Below are positions 1-13,100 of a DNA stretch of 64,000 nt, piece after piece (positions within the stretch are counted from its first letter, which is position 1; each line of letters starts with the position of its first letter). The stretch comes from Perna viridis (taxonomy: Eukaryota). The notes below the pieces were generated by a model that had not been told where the DNA came from, searched no databases, and saw only the letters and a program-made list of their open reading frames with translations. The position numbers and the translations under genes were made by a program. Where the stretch lies: assembly GCA_037379345.1 (NCBI GenBank), contig CM074518.1:10354001-10418000 (forward strand), written 5' to 3'.

Positions 1-1115
1 TGAAATGAGTAATTATTCATTCAAATCTGCCTGCTCTTAGGACATAATCAACATTGAAAATCCAGTAGATTCTATTGTATTTGAGCGTCATTTACAGAGT
101 TATCTCCCTTAATTTGGAAATCTACAGTGCATTCTATATAATTTTTATCTCCTAAGAGCACGGGTTATATGAAAAACCACATATTATTTTCTGTTAACTA
201 TGACATTTCAAACAAAATATCAAAAATAAAAATATGTAGGCTTTTTACCCATGAATCACATTTTGCATGATCCTTAGCTGGAATGCTACTTAAAATAATT
301 GAAATGCTTTTTCAATAAGAATTCATATTACCCCCCATTTTTTGGTTCTGTACTAATGATAATGGTATAAACTAATTGAATGCTAATGGTCAGGGATAGG
401 CTTATCTACAGTTAGGGTGTTGAATTTATTACTTATCCTTTATCAGATGGTATAGATTGATATTTTTGTGGAAAGGTTCTTTTCCTTATCTCTTTAACTA
501 CATGATGTATATATTTTAGTAGAAGTCAGTTTTCATATTAAGTGGGTGGAATAGATCTGACACAGATATTGCAATACACCACATCAGTAACCATTAAGCT
601 ATATTTTCATTAACATTTTTGGGGGTTTCTCCTCTATGATAAATAGATAAATAGAGAATTGACTTGTAAAACTAGATTTTCACACTTATTACCATTTTAA
701 TAGTATTTTGAACGATACTTTTTTAAAAAATTTTTCAAAAACCTTACTCTGTTATGAAAAAAAAATTCACAGTTATCTGTAAATGAAAAATGGACTTAAG
801 CCAGGATTGGGTAGAGAGATGAAATGATTGTATAAAATCCTAGGTGTAAAGATAGTGGGCTTCCATAGGTGTCTTATAAACTGATTTCTAATGTCTAAGT
901 TGGGTAAAACGTCTTCTTGCAGACAGTTTTTGTTATGTCATACAAATGTAGTAATTTAAAAATCAGGTTTTGATTGTAACACTGGTCTTCTCAATTAATC
1001 AAACATTCCCATCATAAAAGTCTAATTCAATAAATCAAACAACAATATAGAATCATGTAACTACTTATTCTTCCAATATACACATGATTAATATCAGAGA
1101 TGATTTTTTTACCAG

Positions 1116-4100
1116 GTGATAGTTGATGACACCCAGAACAATATTGTATATGAATTCCCATGTTATCGTTGGTTTGCTACTGATGAAGATGACAGGCAGA
1201 TCTCTAGAGATTTGTTGGCAGGAGTTGGACCAACATCCTCTGCTCCAGGTTTGTATTGTATGTCTAATCCAATACATTAAAATGCCTCATATCTTCAGTC
1301 ATCAAAACTAATTCTAAATATTTAATGGACCCAGAAAGCAGGTCATGGTTGAAACCAGAAATATCCTAATAACCTGTCTACTGACTAACTAAAGATTAGA
1401 TGTAGATATATTGTGTATCAACATTTGCCACATTGCATCATTCAAATTGTTCTTATACACTTGAAAGCAGTTTGTTGCACCTGATTTATATCACCGCATG
1501 ACAACATAATGTCAAACTGGTGGCTGTAAGGAAAACAGCCTTGCCAGAAAATATCATCACATATTTACCCTAGTCTGACAAGATATGGGGGATAATTATA
1601 TGGGAAACCACTACATATATTGTATGGGTCACCAATGCAACAAGAAGAAGAATATAAAAAAAGTTTAATTTGTTATTTTTCAAAAAATACCAGACAAGGG
1701 AAGAAAACTATCCCTTGCCATCAGCTGTTTGATTATGCCAAATTTCAATTTAAAAAGTGGCCAATTATTTCATGCACAAAGGTCTTCTTCATTAGCGTTC
1801 CCATATCTTTCTAGTTCTGTTACTTCTGACATTTCTGATACTCAAACATTTCCTTTTTTTCAAAATTGATTTGTCATGTTAAGTTACATTGAGCAATAAA
1901 ACAAAAGAATTTCGAATGATATTTTGGCAGGGTAGGGCTCGCAAGGGTAAGAAAGCATATACATTAAAGTAAATCCCATGGCTGAGAGAAAAAAAGGCAT
2001 ACCTCTAGGGATATTCCAAGGCATCTGTAAAAATGAACAAATATGTTTGATATACACTCGCTATCCACCAATCAGAATCCATAATTCTTATGTATGGTGT
2101 AGTTCATATGTATATAAACATATATTACATATGGTGTACAGTCTTCATTGTTCATTTGTTATTATGGTCACATGATACAAATGATATTCCATGTACATGA
2201 AGCCTTGTTTCTAGTTTTAAATATATTGACACAATGTTTCTATTTATATGTATATTTACACTATACTTTTAAATTTAGATCTAGGTATAAACCATTCCAT
2301 TCTGTAATTACTCTCAGCCAATTATTGCGGAAGGGCCGCAGACAAAGCAGACAAAATAAAAATACATTATGTTCTTCCTCACTACGTTCGTCCAAACATA
2401 AATCATTTCCGTTTTATAAAGGCAAGTAAAAAGACTAATATAGGAGGAGAGGCACACCAAAGTAATTCATTTAAAAAGAAAAATCAAAGCTGCAAGTTTG
2501 TCAGTGGCGACCATCATCCTCTCATGTCGTAGTAGTCTAGAAAATATAAATTGTATGAACATCATTAGAATTGATTCAGACAAATTAACTTACAAAACAT
2601 AATAGTATTAAATAAACTTGTCGGACTGGTTTTGTGTGAACTCGATAACTTTAAATGATACAAACAGACCTTAAATACCCAACCTATAACCGAATTACTC
2701 ATAATACTCCGCCCGCATACCCAATAAAACAAAAGGAAATATAATTATCATTATATTTTATATATAAATTAAGGACTTTCACTCAGTCGATATGTTATAT
2801 ATGGACCTGTTAGATCATATTAGCCTCAGACTTCATCCTCTGTAAAATGAATCTGAACAGGTCCATATGTAGCGTATTGACTTCTTGCATATGATGTATG
2901 GGTTCCCTACTATATATTCATTGTATGGGGTCACTACTGTACATAATGTGTAGGTCCCCTACTATATATTTATTGTATGGGTCTACTACTACACACATTG
3001 TATGGGTCCACTACTACACACATTGCATGGGTCCACTGCTACACACATTGTATGGGTCCACTACTACACTCATTGCATGGGTCCACTACTACACACATTG
3101 TATGGGTCCACTACTACACATATTGTATGGGACCACTACTACACATATTGTATGGGTCCCCTACTATATATTTATTATATGGGTCCACTTCTACACACAT
3201 TGTATGGGACCACTACTACACACATTGTATGGGTCCACTACTACACTCATTACATGGGTCCACTTCTACACACATTGTATGTATCCACTACTACACATTG
3301 TATTGGTCCACTACTACACACATTGTATGGGTCCACTACTACACACATTGTATGCATCCACTACTACACTCATTGCATGGGTCCACTACTACACTCATTG
3401 TATGTGTCCACTACTACACTCATTGCATGGTCCCACTACTACACATATTGTATGGGTTCACTACTACACTCATTGCATGGGTCCACTACTACACTCATTG
3501 TATGGTTCCACTACTACACACATTGTATGGGTCCACTACTACACTCATTGCATGGGTCCACTACTACACACATTGTATGGGTCCACTACTACACTCATTG
3601 CATGGGTCCCCTTCTGTATATTTATTGTATGGGACCACTACTACACATATTGTATGGGTCCTCTATTATATACATGTATTAATTGTATGGGTCCCCTACT
3701 ATATATTTATCTGAAATCCTGTGTAAACAAGACACCGTTTAATAGAATTTTGATCCTTGGAAAACTGAACTCAAAATTGAACACATTTTAAAGTCCAAAA
3801 GGGGTTTGGTTTAGACTGGCTTCAATGCATTTATATTGTATTGGTCACCATTGTATATCTTGTACAGTGCACTGTTAGGTCATTAATTGATTAAATGTCC
3901 TTTTTATCAGTTCTTTTCATTTATTCAATTTACATCATAGGTATTCCATACAGAATCACAGTTTCCACAGGTGATGAAAGAAATAGTGGAACAGATGCTC
4001 GTGTCTTTATTATATTGCATGCTGGGAAGGAAGGCAAGGAGAAATCAAGTGGAAAAATTTGGCTAGATGGTGGGAGCTTTGAAAAGAACAAGACTGATAT

Positions 4101-7100
4101 TTTTGATATTGATGTGGGAACATTGCTCAGTCCAGTTACCAAGTTAGAAGTAGGACATGATAATGCTGGTGTTGCCCCTGGATGGTTTCTTGACAGAGTT
4201 GTGGTTCTTTGTTATGCTACAGGAATAGAACAAGTGTTCCTTTGTAACAAGTGGCTTGCCACAGATCAGGAGGATGGACTTATACAGAGAACTTTGTTTG
4301 AACAGAGAGCTATCAGAAAACAGAGAGAAAAGAGTAAGTTTAGTTCATGAAAATAACCTTAGATAAATGCTTATTAAGCCTTGCATGTAGGAAGTGTATG
4401 GGTAATTCAACTTGCTTTATTATTTTGGGAAATAAGGAGAGTTTGAAAAGCATGGTACTGGGAACAACAGGAAAATGTTAATTGATAGTACTCTTAAAAA
4501 TAAGACCTTACATGGATAATGTTTCAAAGAATTGATGGGTGAGAATTGCAATATGATATGACAGTGGTTTCTAGAATGTATATTCAGAATGTTTCTTGAC
4601 ATTGTCTACACTTCACTTATCATATCAAATAAAGGAAATCATAATAAAGATTATACAGACCAAAATACCACTAATGTCAATACAATTTAATGCACAAGGA
4701 AGTCAAATTACACTGTTTTTTTTTTCTTTAGAGTTACCATGGAATATCTGGATATACACAAGTGATATTAAGTTAGCTGGAACAGATGCCAATGTTTATA
4801 TCTGTGTATATGGTGAAAAGGGCAAATCTGATGAAATCTTACTAGAAAACAAAACAGACAATTTTGAACAAGGCAAAGTTGACTATTTCAAGAGAAATTT
4901 TGTGGACATTGGGAAACCTTATAAAATCCGAGTCTGGCATGATCAAAGTGGCATGCTGTCTGGGTGGCATCTTAATAAGGTATAGTTGTTGTCTCATGGG
5001 GGGGGGGTTACTCATAAAATCACATAAGAATTAGGTAAGGGAAGCTTGATATAGGTATGAGTTAAAACAATTTTGAGCTCAAAGTGGCTGTAGAATAAAA
5101 TAACAAAATTATAGACATTAACCTTGTGTTATATGTATGCAAGGATCATAATCCTGATATTAAAATTTGCATTAATGTGCTCATCAGTTTGTGTTGAAAA
5201 GAGTTGAATGGTATTATACACCAGTTGAGTTGGAGAGAAATATTCTACAGTGAGAGGGATTTTGGAATATTATATACATTTTTACAATTTGTTCTGAATT
5301 ATTGAAAGTTAATCATTAAATGAAATGAAAAAAAAAAATTCTACGATTTTTTTTCATTTTTTTTTTTTTTGCTTTTTTTCACAGATTTGAAAGTGGGCAC
5401 TATTTTGAAGTTCATCTTGGTATAAAAAAAATACTGATTGAACCTAAATATGTAAACATATTGTTTCAGGTTGAAATTGAGGATATGATGTCAAAGAATC
5501 GTTTTCTGTTCACCTGTGACCGCTGGTTGGCTGATGATGAAGATGATCGTGAGTGTGTTAGAGAAATGCCTGCCACTGGGTCCACTATAGAGAAGCCTTT
5601 ACCATGTAAGTCTGGACCTCTGTTTTGGTGATTGCCCAGTAGAAATATATTTTTAGAGTTTATATTGAATCCCAATACACACTTTTTCCATTTAATCTTA
5701 TGAAGCCTCTTTGCCTTCGGGTAACTCCTTGTAAAATACTGCTACATGAAATATTGGTTCTGGGTATGTTGTTTTGATATTAATTACAGTTTACAGACGC
5801 CACAATTGTAATGAGCACATGCAAGTAAATGGGTTGCAGTATGATTACAATAAAAATTCATGTGTTCAGAAGGGATATGTCATTGGGAGAATGTATAATT
5901 AAAAGGAAGTTGATAAAATGTGTTTGTGAAAAATTACAACTGGATAATGCCAAATTTAATATTCTTCTTTTTGGTACTTTTCCAGTGGTATTCTATATAG
6001 TTGAAGTGTATACAGGTAGTGTTAAGTATGGTGGAACAGATGCCAATGTATTTATCAGTATATTTGGTGAACTTGGAGACACAGGGCGTAGATTCCTGAA
6101 AAATCCTATGTCTTCCAATATTAACAAGTTTGAAAAGGGACAGGTAGGTTGATGTGGTTTTATCATAGTGATATTATTGATGTGTGTAATGTAAGAATAA
6201 GGCTGTCAACATTGCATAATTCTTAAAAAGTTAGAGTACATTTAAAAAACACTACAGGATATACTGTGGTTTCATTATTATTTGTCAGGTATTTATTTTC
6301 GTGGCTGGTATGGAACCATGAAATCAAGAAATCAATAAAAATTTGTCTTAGTGAATAATAAAAAAAAACAATCTACATGTAGATAGAGAGACTTTTGATA
6401 AACCTTGTCATTGCAGAAGAATCCAAACTATTGATGTCTTTTGATTTACTCGTAAACAGAGAGATAAAAATGGGAGTCATAATCTCCCTACAAATATGCT
6501 ATATACATAACTTCCATTAACTTCTGTCTCAGTTGTCTGTGACAGTGTTGTGAAGCACCTTACTGCAAATAACTAAATGCTTACAAAATGTTTGGTTTTT
6601 TTTTATCCAGCAAAAATGGTTTGGCTTTTGTAATAGTTTTACTGGAAAAGCTGATAAATAGTTGATTTAAAAAAATATTCATCTACTAACCACTGATTCA
6701 AGTACCCAAGGAAATGACTTTTTTCCTCTACTGTCAAAAATTTATACCATTAAATTCAAGGAAACCACAGTATATATTTGCTATTTAAAGACATTTATAG
6801 TTTTTTTGGTTTTTTTTTTCTGAAATCAGTAATTTTCTTCTACTAAAAAATAAAGTATTAAATAATCATTCAGGTTGACTAAGATTTTTTCTACATCATG
6901 AATGAATCCAGTTCATAATTTAATTGTATTAGATGTTAAAATGGATTTGAACTCCTCATTACTCTTTCATTTAACATGAATTCTTTCATATTAAGATCAT
7001 TTTAAATCATCAATTATCATTTTCTGTGAAGAGTTTTCCTATTGTAAATGTGGCAAAAGAGCTTGATATTGGTATCAATAAAACTAATGTTTATTTTGTA

Positions 7101-10100
7101 TAATAAATAAGATTATTTTACTTTTGCAATACTAACACAGATATTAGAGAAAGCCGGTGAATGCTTCGAAGCTTCTAGTGTAATTTTTAAAAATTTCTCA
7201 TTATGTTGGTGGTAGTTATTATTTCCCCTATATACAGAGTAAATGTTGCATTATCTCCCTTGGGGTAGCTGCATGAAAAGGTCATTCATTAGATAAAAAG
7301 TGCATGATTTTGTATCTAAAATGGGGATAGAATTGTAGTCTTGATTACATTCTGCATGTGAGAAATGTTAAACATGTTTCACAGTCTAATTTTTGTTGTC
7401 ATAATCACAATTGTACAGTTTCACAGAAAATTGTTGTAAATAATAGTAGATTAAATATCTCAACATCATCCTACTTAAAATCAGTAGCCTGAAAAAGAGG
7501 GTTATTCACAGTAATTTTATGTAGGTAATGGTTACAAAATAACCCATGTCCATCTATGACCAGTTCCTTTCTAATGATTACAAAGATGCATGCTAATTAG
7601 ATGCTTTGCCAATTTCAGCATGATTTGTATCAATTTGACAGTAAATTTGATTCCTGTATTAGTGAGATATTAATGTATAGAAATAGTAATGGCTGAATGT
7701 TATAGGACTTACGTTGCTTACATGTGTACTGTGCTTTATAGGTTAGATAGTAATTGATTTGTAAAGTAGATGACCACTTATTGTATGGTTAAAACCTATT
7801 GTTAATAGTAACACTTGTATAGTTTACATCATCAGAACTAATTTGTTTATATTGAAAGGAAAGTTGTAGAAAATACTATTGTACAATCATTCATTGTCAA
7901 ATATTAAGAAATATGATAATGGAATCAGTAGAAAACTGTAGCATGTAGTATGCACAAGGCACACATTTGCTATCTTGCAAATCAGTTCTAGATGTATCTC
8001 ACATGTGTGTATGATGATACATTTGTAGAAAGATGTTTTCCGAATTGAGGCTGTGACCCTTATGAACTTGAAGAAGATAATAATAGGGCATGATGGGAAG
8101 AATCCAGGTTCTGGTTGGTTTCTTGACAAAGTCATTGTCAAACAGGAAGGAAATAACAAATATGACACAACATTTACTTGTGAAAGGTATTTAGAGATTA
8201 GCAAATATTATATATAAATAATGTATCCTTGAATAAGGTTCTTACTGTGACCTTTTGGACGTGACAGTTATAGTCTTGCTACCATTATTATTTCAAAAGG
8301 AAGGCATGAAAGCTGATACAATTTTTTTACCAATTTACCTATGATGTTACTGTTTGATTTTAAATGAATACAGTTGAAAATTCAGACTGAGGAAATATTA
8401 ACCCCTTCCAGACAGGTGTTTAAAATTATGTTTGAAACAGAACTAAAGAGACTTAAATATCTGCTTTATACATGTTTTTTTGTTTATTCAGAGTTCACTT
8501 CAGATAGGTTTTAGACTGGTTTCATTGTAACACAACACATAAGTTGATTATTTCAGATGGTTAGATACGGATGAAGATGATGGTCAAATCATTAGAGAAA
8601 TAACAGCTTCTGGTGTACAACTGTTATCTAGTAAGATTCTTACTTATATTTTCAGAAACCAGTACTTGTATTTTATCTATAGATACTTTATCATGTAGAC
8701 AATAAATGAATTTGTGTCATTATTGTACGAATATTAAAATAGACGTTTTTCCAAAACGTGTAGAAGAAGCCTATCATTTCCCAATCTTTATTTGAGTTAC
8801 ATATTGTCAATTGAACTGCATATTATTAATCAGGACGGCCTAAAAAACATAGATATCAAATTTTATTGAAATAGGAAAGCTTTGATTTTTTTACCGTGGT
8901 GGCAGCCATATTGCAAATGGAGGCTGATACATAATTCCAACTGTAAATTGAGCTGTATATTATAAATGAGGGCTGTTTAATATACCTAGATATCAATTTT
9001 CATCGAAAATGGAGAATTTTGAATTTTCGACTGCATTTTGAAGGCAGCTAAGACACACAAATTGTTTTTAAAGGATATAATATGAACCTTAAAGCTTAAT
9101 ATGTAAACCAATTTTCATCAAATTCTAATCCGCAGTTTTTAACTTAATTATGGTAACTATAAACCATATAACAGATTATTTTTTTAATTTTTGCCTTTTT
9201 CATATTTCAGCAACCACATACAATGTGTATGTGAAGACTGGGGATATTAGTAATGCTGGTACTGATGCTAATGTTCATATCAAAATCTTTGGGTCTAAGA
9301 ATGATACTGGAGAGCTGAAACTACGCATGACTGAAAATACATCTAACAAGTTTGAAAGGGGAAGAACTGACCACTTTAAATTGGAAGCATCTGATATTGG
9401 AAAGGTACAAGCTTTTTAGTCTTGTTAGTGGGAAGAATTGATATATAGTTTACTTCATAAAAATTTTGCCTCATGTTGTTATATCATTTCACTATTTAAA
9501 TTGATGATGGAGTTTCAATTTGTGCCATAAAATGAATGAGACAGATTTGGTGGCATCAAGAGGCAATGTCATGATAATTAAAATATTGCATAACATTTAA
9601 AATACCTGTTCTTGGAGGAATTACTATAACCACGTAATATTTATCAACATTTCAGATCAAGAGAATCATAATAGGTCATGACAACTCTAAACCTTTTGCT
9701 AGCTGGTTCCTGGATGAGGTCAGAATTGACATTCCTTCAAGAGGGGAGCAATATGTCTTTGCTTGTCATCGATGGCTTGGGAAAGATAGTGAAGATGGTA
9801 AATCTGAGATTGAAATTGAACCATCATTTATGGAGGATAGAGAAAAAAGTAAGTCCTTGTAGCTAACAAAGAAAAAAAACTAGATGTATTGGTGATGGAA
9901 AATTAAGGTACAAATGCACTTTTTAGATATTTGAAATTGAGGAAACATGTTTGCTCTCCAGTGGTAATTTTTGTTATAAACAACAACAGTGCACTGACTG
10001 CATAAAACTGATATATGGGTGAGGCTTACAGCTGTGGGAAAATGTGAAGCTGTGCCTAGCATTTTCACCAGTTCAAGCTGAATTCATATATCAAAGTTTT

Positions 10101-13100
10101 TGCCAAATCTGTGCACTGTTAACTAGTATTTTCACCAGTTCAAGCTGAATTCATATATCAAAGTTTTTGCCAAATCCGTGCACTGTTAACTAGTATTTTC
10201 ACCAGTTCAAGCTGAATTCATATATCAAAGTTTTTGCCAAATCTGTGCACTGTTATTGTCTTTATACTGCAACAAAAATGAAAAAAAAACATTTTTTAAG
10301 CAAAAAAAAATAATGTTTTTCATTCAAAACAAATGACATCCTGGTAACTTCAAAACAATGCAACATTTATTACATCACAACATAAAATTATATTCAGTCA
10401 GTGACCATATATCAATTGTAAATATACGGTCAATTCACTTTGACTGCTCGAATAGAACAGTAGCAGTATAAATATATTTATTTTGTTGCACAACTATGAG
10501 ATTATTATTGTTTGTATATTTTTTTTTGGGGGGGTACCATTTTTTATGGTTTTCTTTATCTGCTAAAATATGAATTTCATTTTAACTCTTTTTTGAACTT
10601 TTCAATTAAAAGCTAAATTACTCTACTTAAAAACTATTTTATTGTATGCATATTCAAGAATGTTTTTTATTGCACTGAATATTTGATGAGTTAAGGTTTT
10701 CAGATGGAAGCTATTTTATTGGTTGTAGTATTTTTTAAGATGGTTTAGACTTTGTCTTTAAGTTAAAAAAAATAAGACTTAATTTTTTGTGGTTTCTTTT
10801 ATTCCATTCTAAATAATTTTTAAGTCTTTCACTACAAATATCACTTCACTTTGGTAGTATACAATGGAAAAAACAAAATTGCAAAAATTTTGATTTTTTT
10901 GACTGAAGGAAGTTGCTTCAGAATGTATTCACTTAGCAGTTGTCAATTTTATTCGTTTTGTTAGGAGCAGGAAGAATAGGTAAGCATCATACATCCTGAC
11001 CAAAGTGTGTATGTGTTAATTCAATGTTTTTACACTTGTGTATTATTGATGTTTTACTATTGTTTGGCATGATTGCTGTTCTTCTATTCATTACTACATG
11101 TTCAATTATTGACTTATACAACCCCTGGTATTATCCCAAATTTTACGCTTTCAGATTATTTTGAATAAACTTCAAGTCAATTTACCAAAGTCCTGGAAAT
11201 TAAGTTTGGAAACTTGTGCATTATGTTAAGAACCATATATAGAATAGTCCTTTACACAATACCCAAGTTTCCCAACTTTTGTGTTGTATAGATACTACCC
11301 ACTCTTCCAAACTTTGTGTTCTATACATACTACCCGTGTTTCCCAGCTATTGTGTTCTGTACATACTACACAAGTTTCCTTTTGTGTTCTATACATACTG
11401 CCCATGCTTCCGGACTTTTGTGTTCTATACATACTGCCCATGCTTCTGGACTTTTGTGTTCTATACATACTGCCCACACTTCCGGACTTTTGTGTTCTAT
11501 ACATACTGCCCATGCTTCCGAATTTTGTGTTCTATAGAGACTATGTTTCCCAAATATTCTGTTCTGTACATACTATACAAGTTTCCTTTTGTGTTCTATA
11601 CATACTGCCACGCTTCTGGACTTTTGTGTTCTATACATACTGCCATGCTTCCGGACTACTGTGTTCTATACATACTGCCCACACTTCCGGACTTTTGTGT
11701 TCTATACATACTGCTCACGCTTCCAGACTTTTGTGTTCTATAAATACTGCCCACGCTTCCGGACTTTTGTGTTCTATAGTGACTGTTTCCCAAATATTGT
11801 GTTCTGTACATACTACACAAGTTTCCTTTTGTGTTCTATACATACTCCCCACTCTTCCGGACTTTTGTGTTCTATACATACTCCCCACGCTTCCGGACTT
11901 TTGTGTTCTATACATACTGCCCACACTTCCTGACTTTTGTGTTCTATACATACTCCCCATGCTTTCGGACTTTTGTGTTCTATACATACTGCCCACGCTT
12001 CCGGACTTTTGTGTTCTATAGATACTATGTTTCCCAAATATTGTGTTCTGTACATACTACACAAATTTCCTTTTGTGTTCTATACATACTGCCCACGCTT
12101 CTGGACTTTTGTGTTCTATACATACTCCCCATGCTTCCGGACTTTCATGATCTTTATATGATACACAGGTTCCTGACTTAAGTATTCTCAACATTAAAGA
12201 CAGGTTTCTCGACTTTCATAATCTTTATATAAAACTCAGGTTACCCAACTTTCATGTTCTTTACAAAATACATATTTGCTCCACTTTCATGTTCTTAACA
12301 TTATACTCAGGTTGTCCATTCTTTCACGTGTTTTACATAATACATGTACTTAGGTTTGTTTGTTCTTTCCAGGACTAAGGATTGATTGACTTGAAAAATA
12401 TACTTGTAGTATGAAAGATTGTTACTTTCGTATTTTTTACCTTCAACACCCAACTTTGTTCTCATAGATTTATTGGTTTTAAGTTAGGATTAACAAATAG
12501 AGCCAATTTACTTATATAATGTGCCTTGTTTTTATCCCACTGGAATTAAGCATTACAGTTAATTTACTTGTATTGGGAAATTATAGAATTGTCATATTTT
12601 CATGAAACTTAGCGAAGACACACACCATGGCAATTCTAAATGGTACAAATGCATATCATAACTTTAATAAAACATATATCCCCTGTGTGTCATGTTAATG
12701 AGTATTCAATTTTTTCCATAGTGTAATTGGGGGATTTGGCTTCTTTATAAATTAACACTATGATTTTGTTATATATTGATTTATACAAGTTAATAAGAGT
12801 TAAAAGTATGTGTTTTAAACTTCCACTATATTGTATTGTGTTGTATGTTGCTTAGGTCTCACTAACCACTTCTAACGTTTCCATTACTTTACATGTTAAA
12901 AAAGTAATTTTCAGTGTCTCACTGTGAATTCCCAGGACAAATGACATCTTAAAGTTGCATACCGTTGCGAAGCTTGGAAAATAAGGCTTCCAAAATCATT
13001 ATGCTAATGGTACGATGATAGTAGAAATTCTTCACAAAATTTACTTGAATAAATAATACTGAAAGTTCACATTTTTACCTGTTCTGCTAACTGACAGCAT

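Noticed and set aside
2898-3791. Three overlapping ORFs of 226-297 aa
   Set aside because: They are translations of a stop-poor 25-bp minisatellite inside a LOXHD1 intron.
11279-12181. Many overlapping Cys/Tyr-rich ORFs on both strands
   Set aside because: Products of the 36-bp tandem repeat, with no splice or phase fit to the gene.
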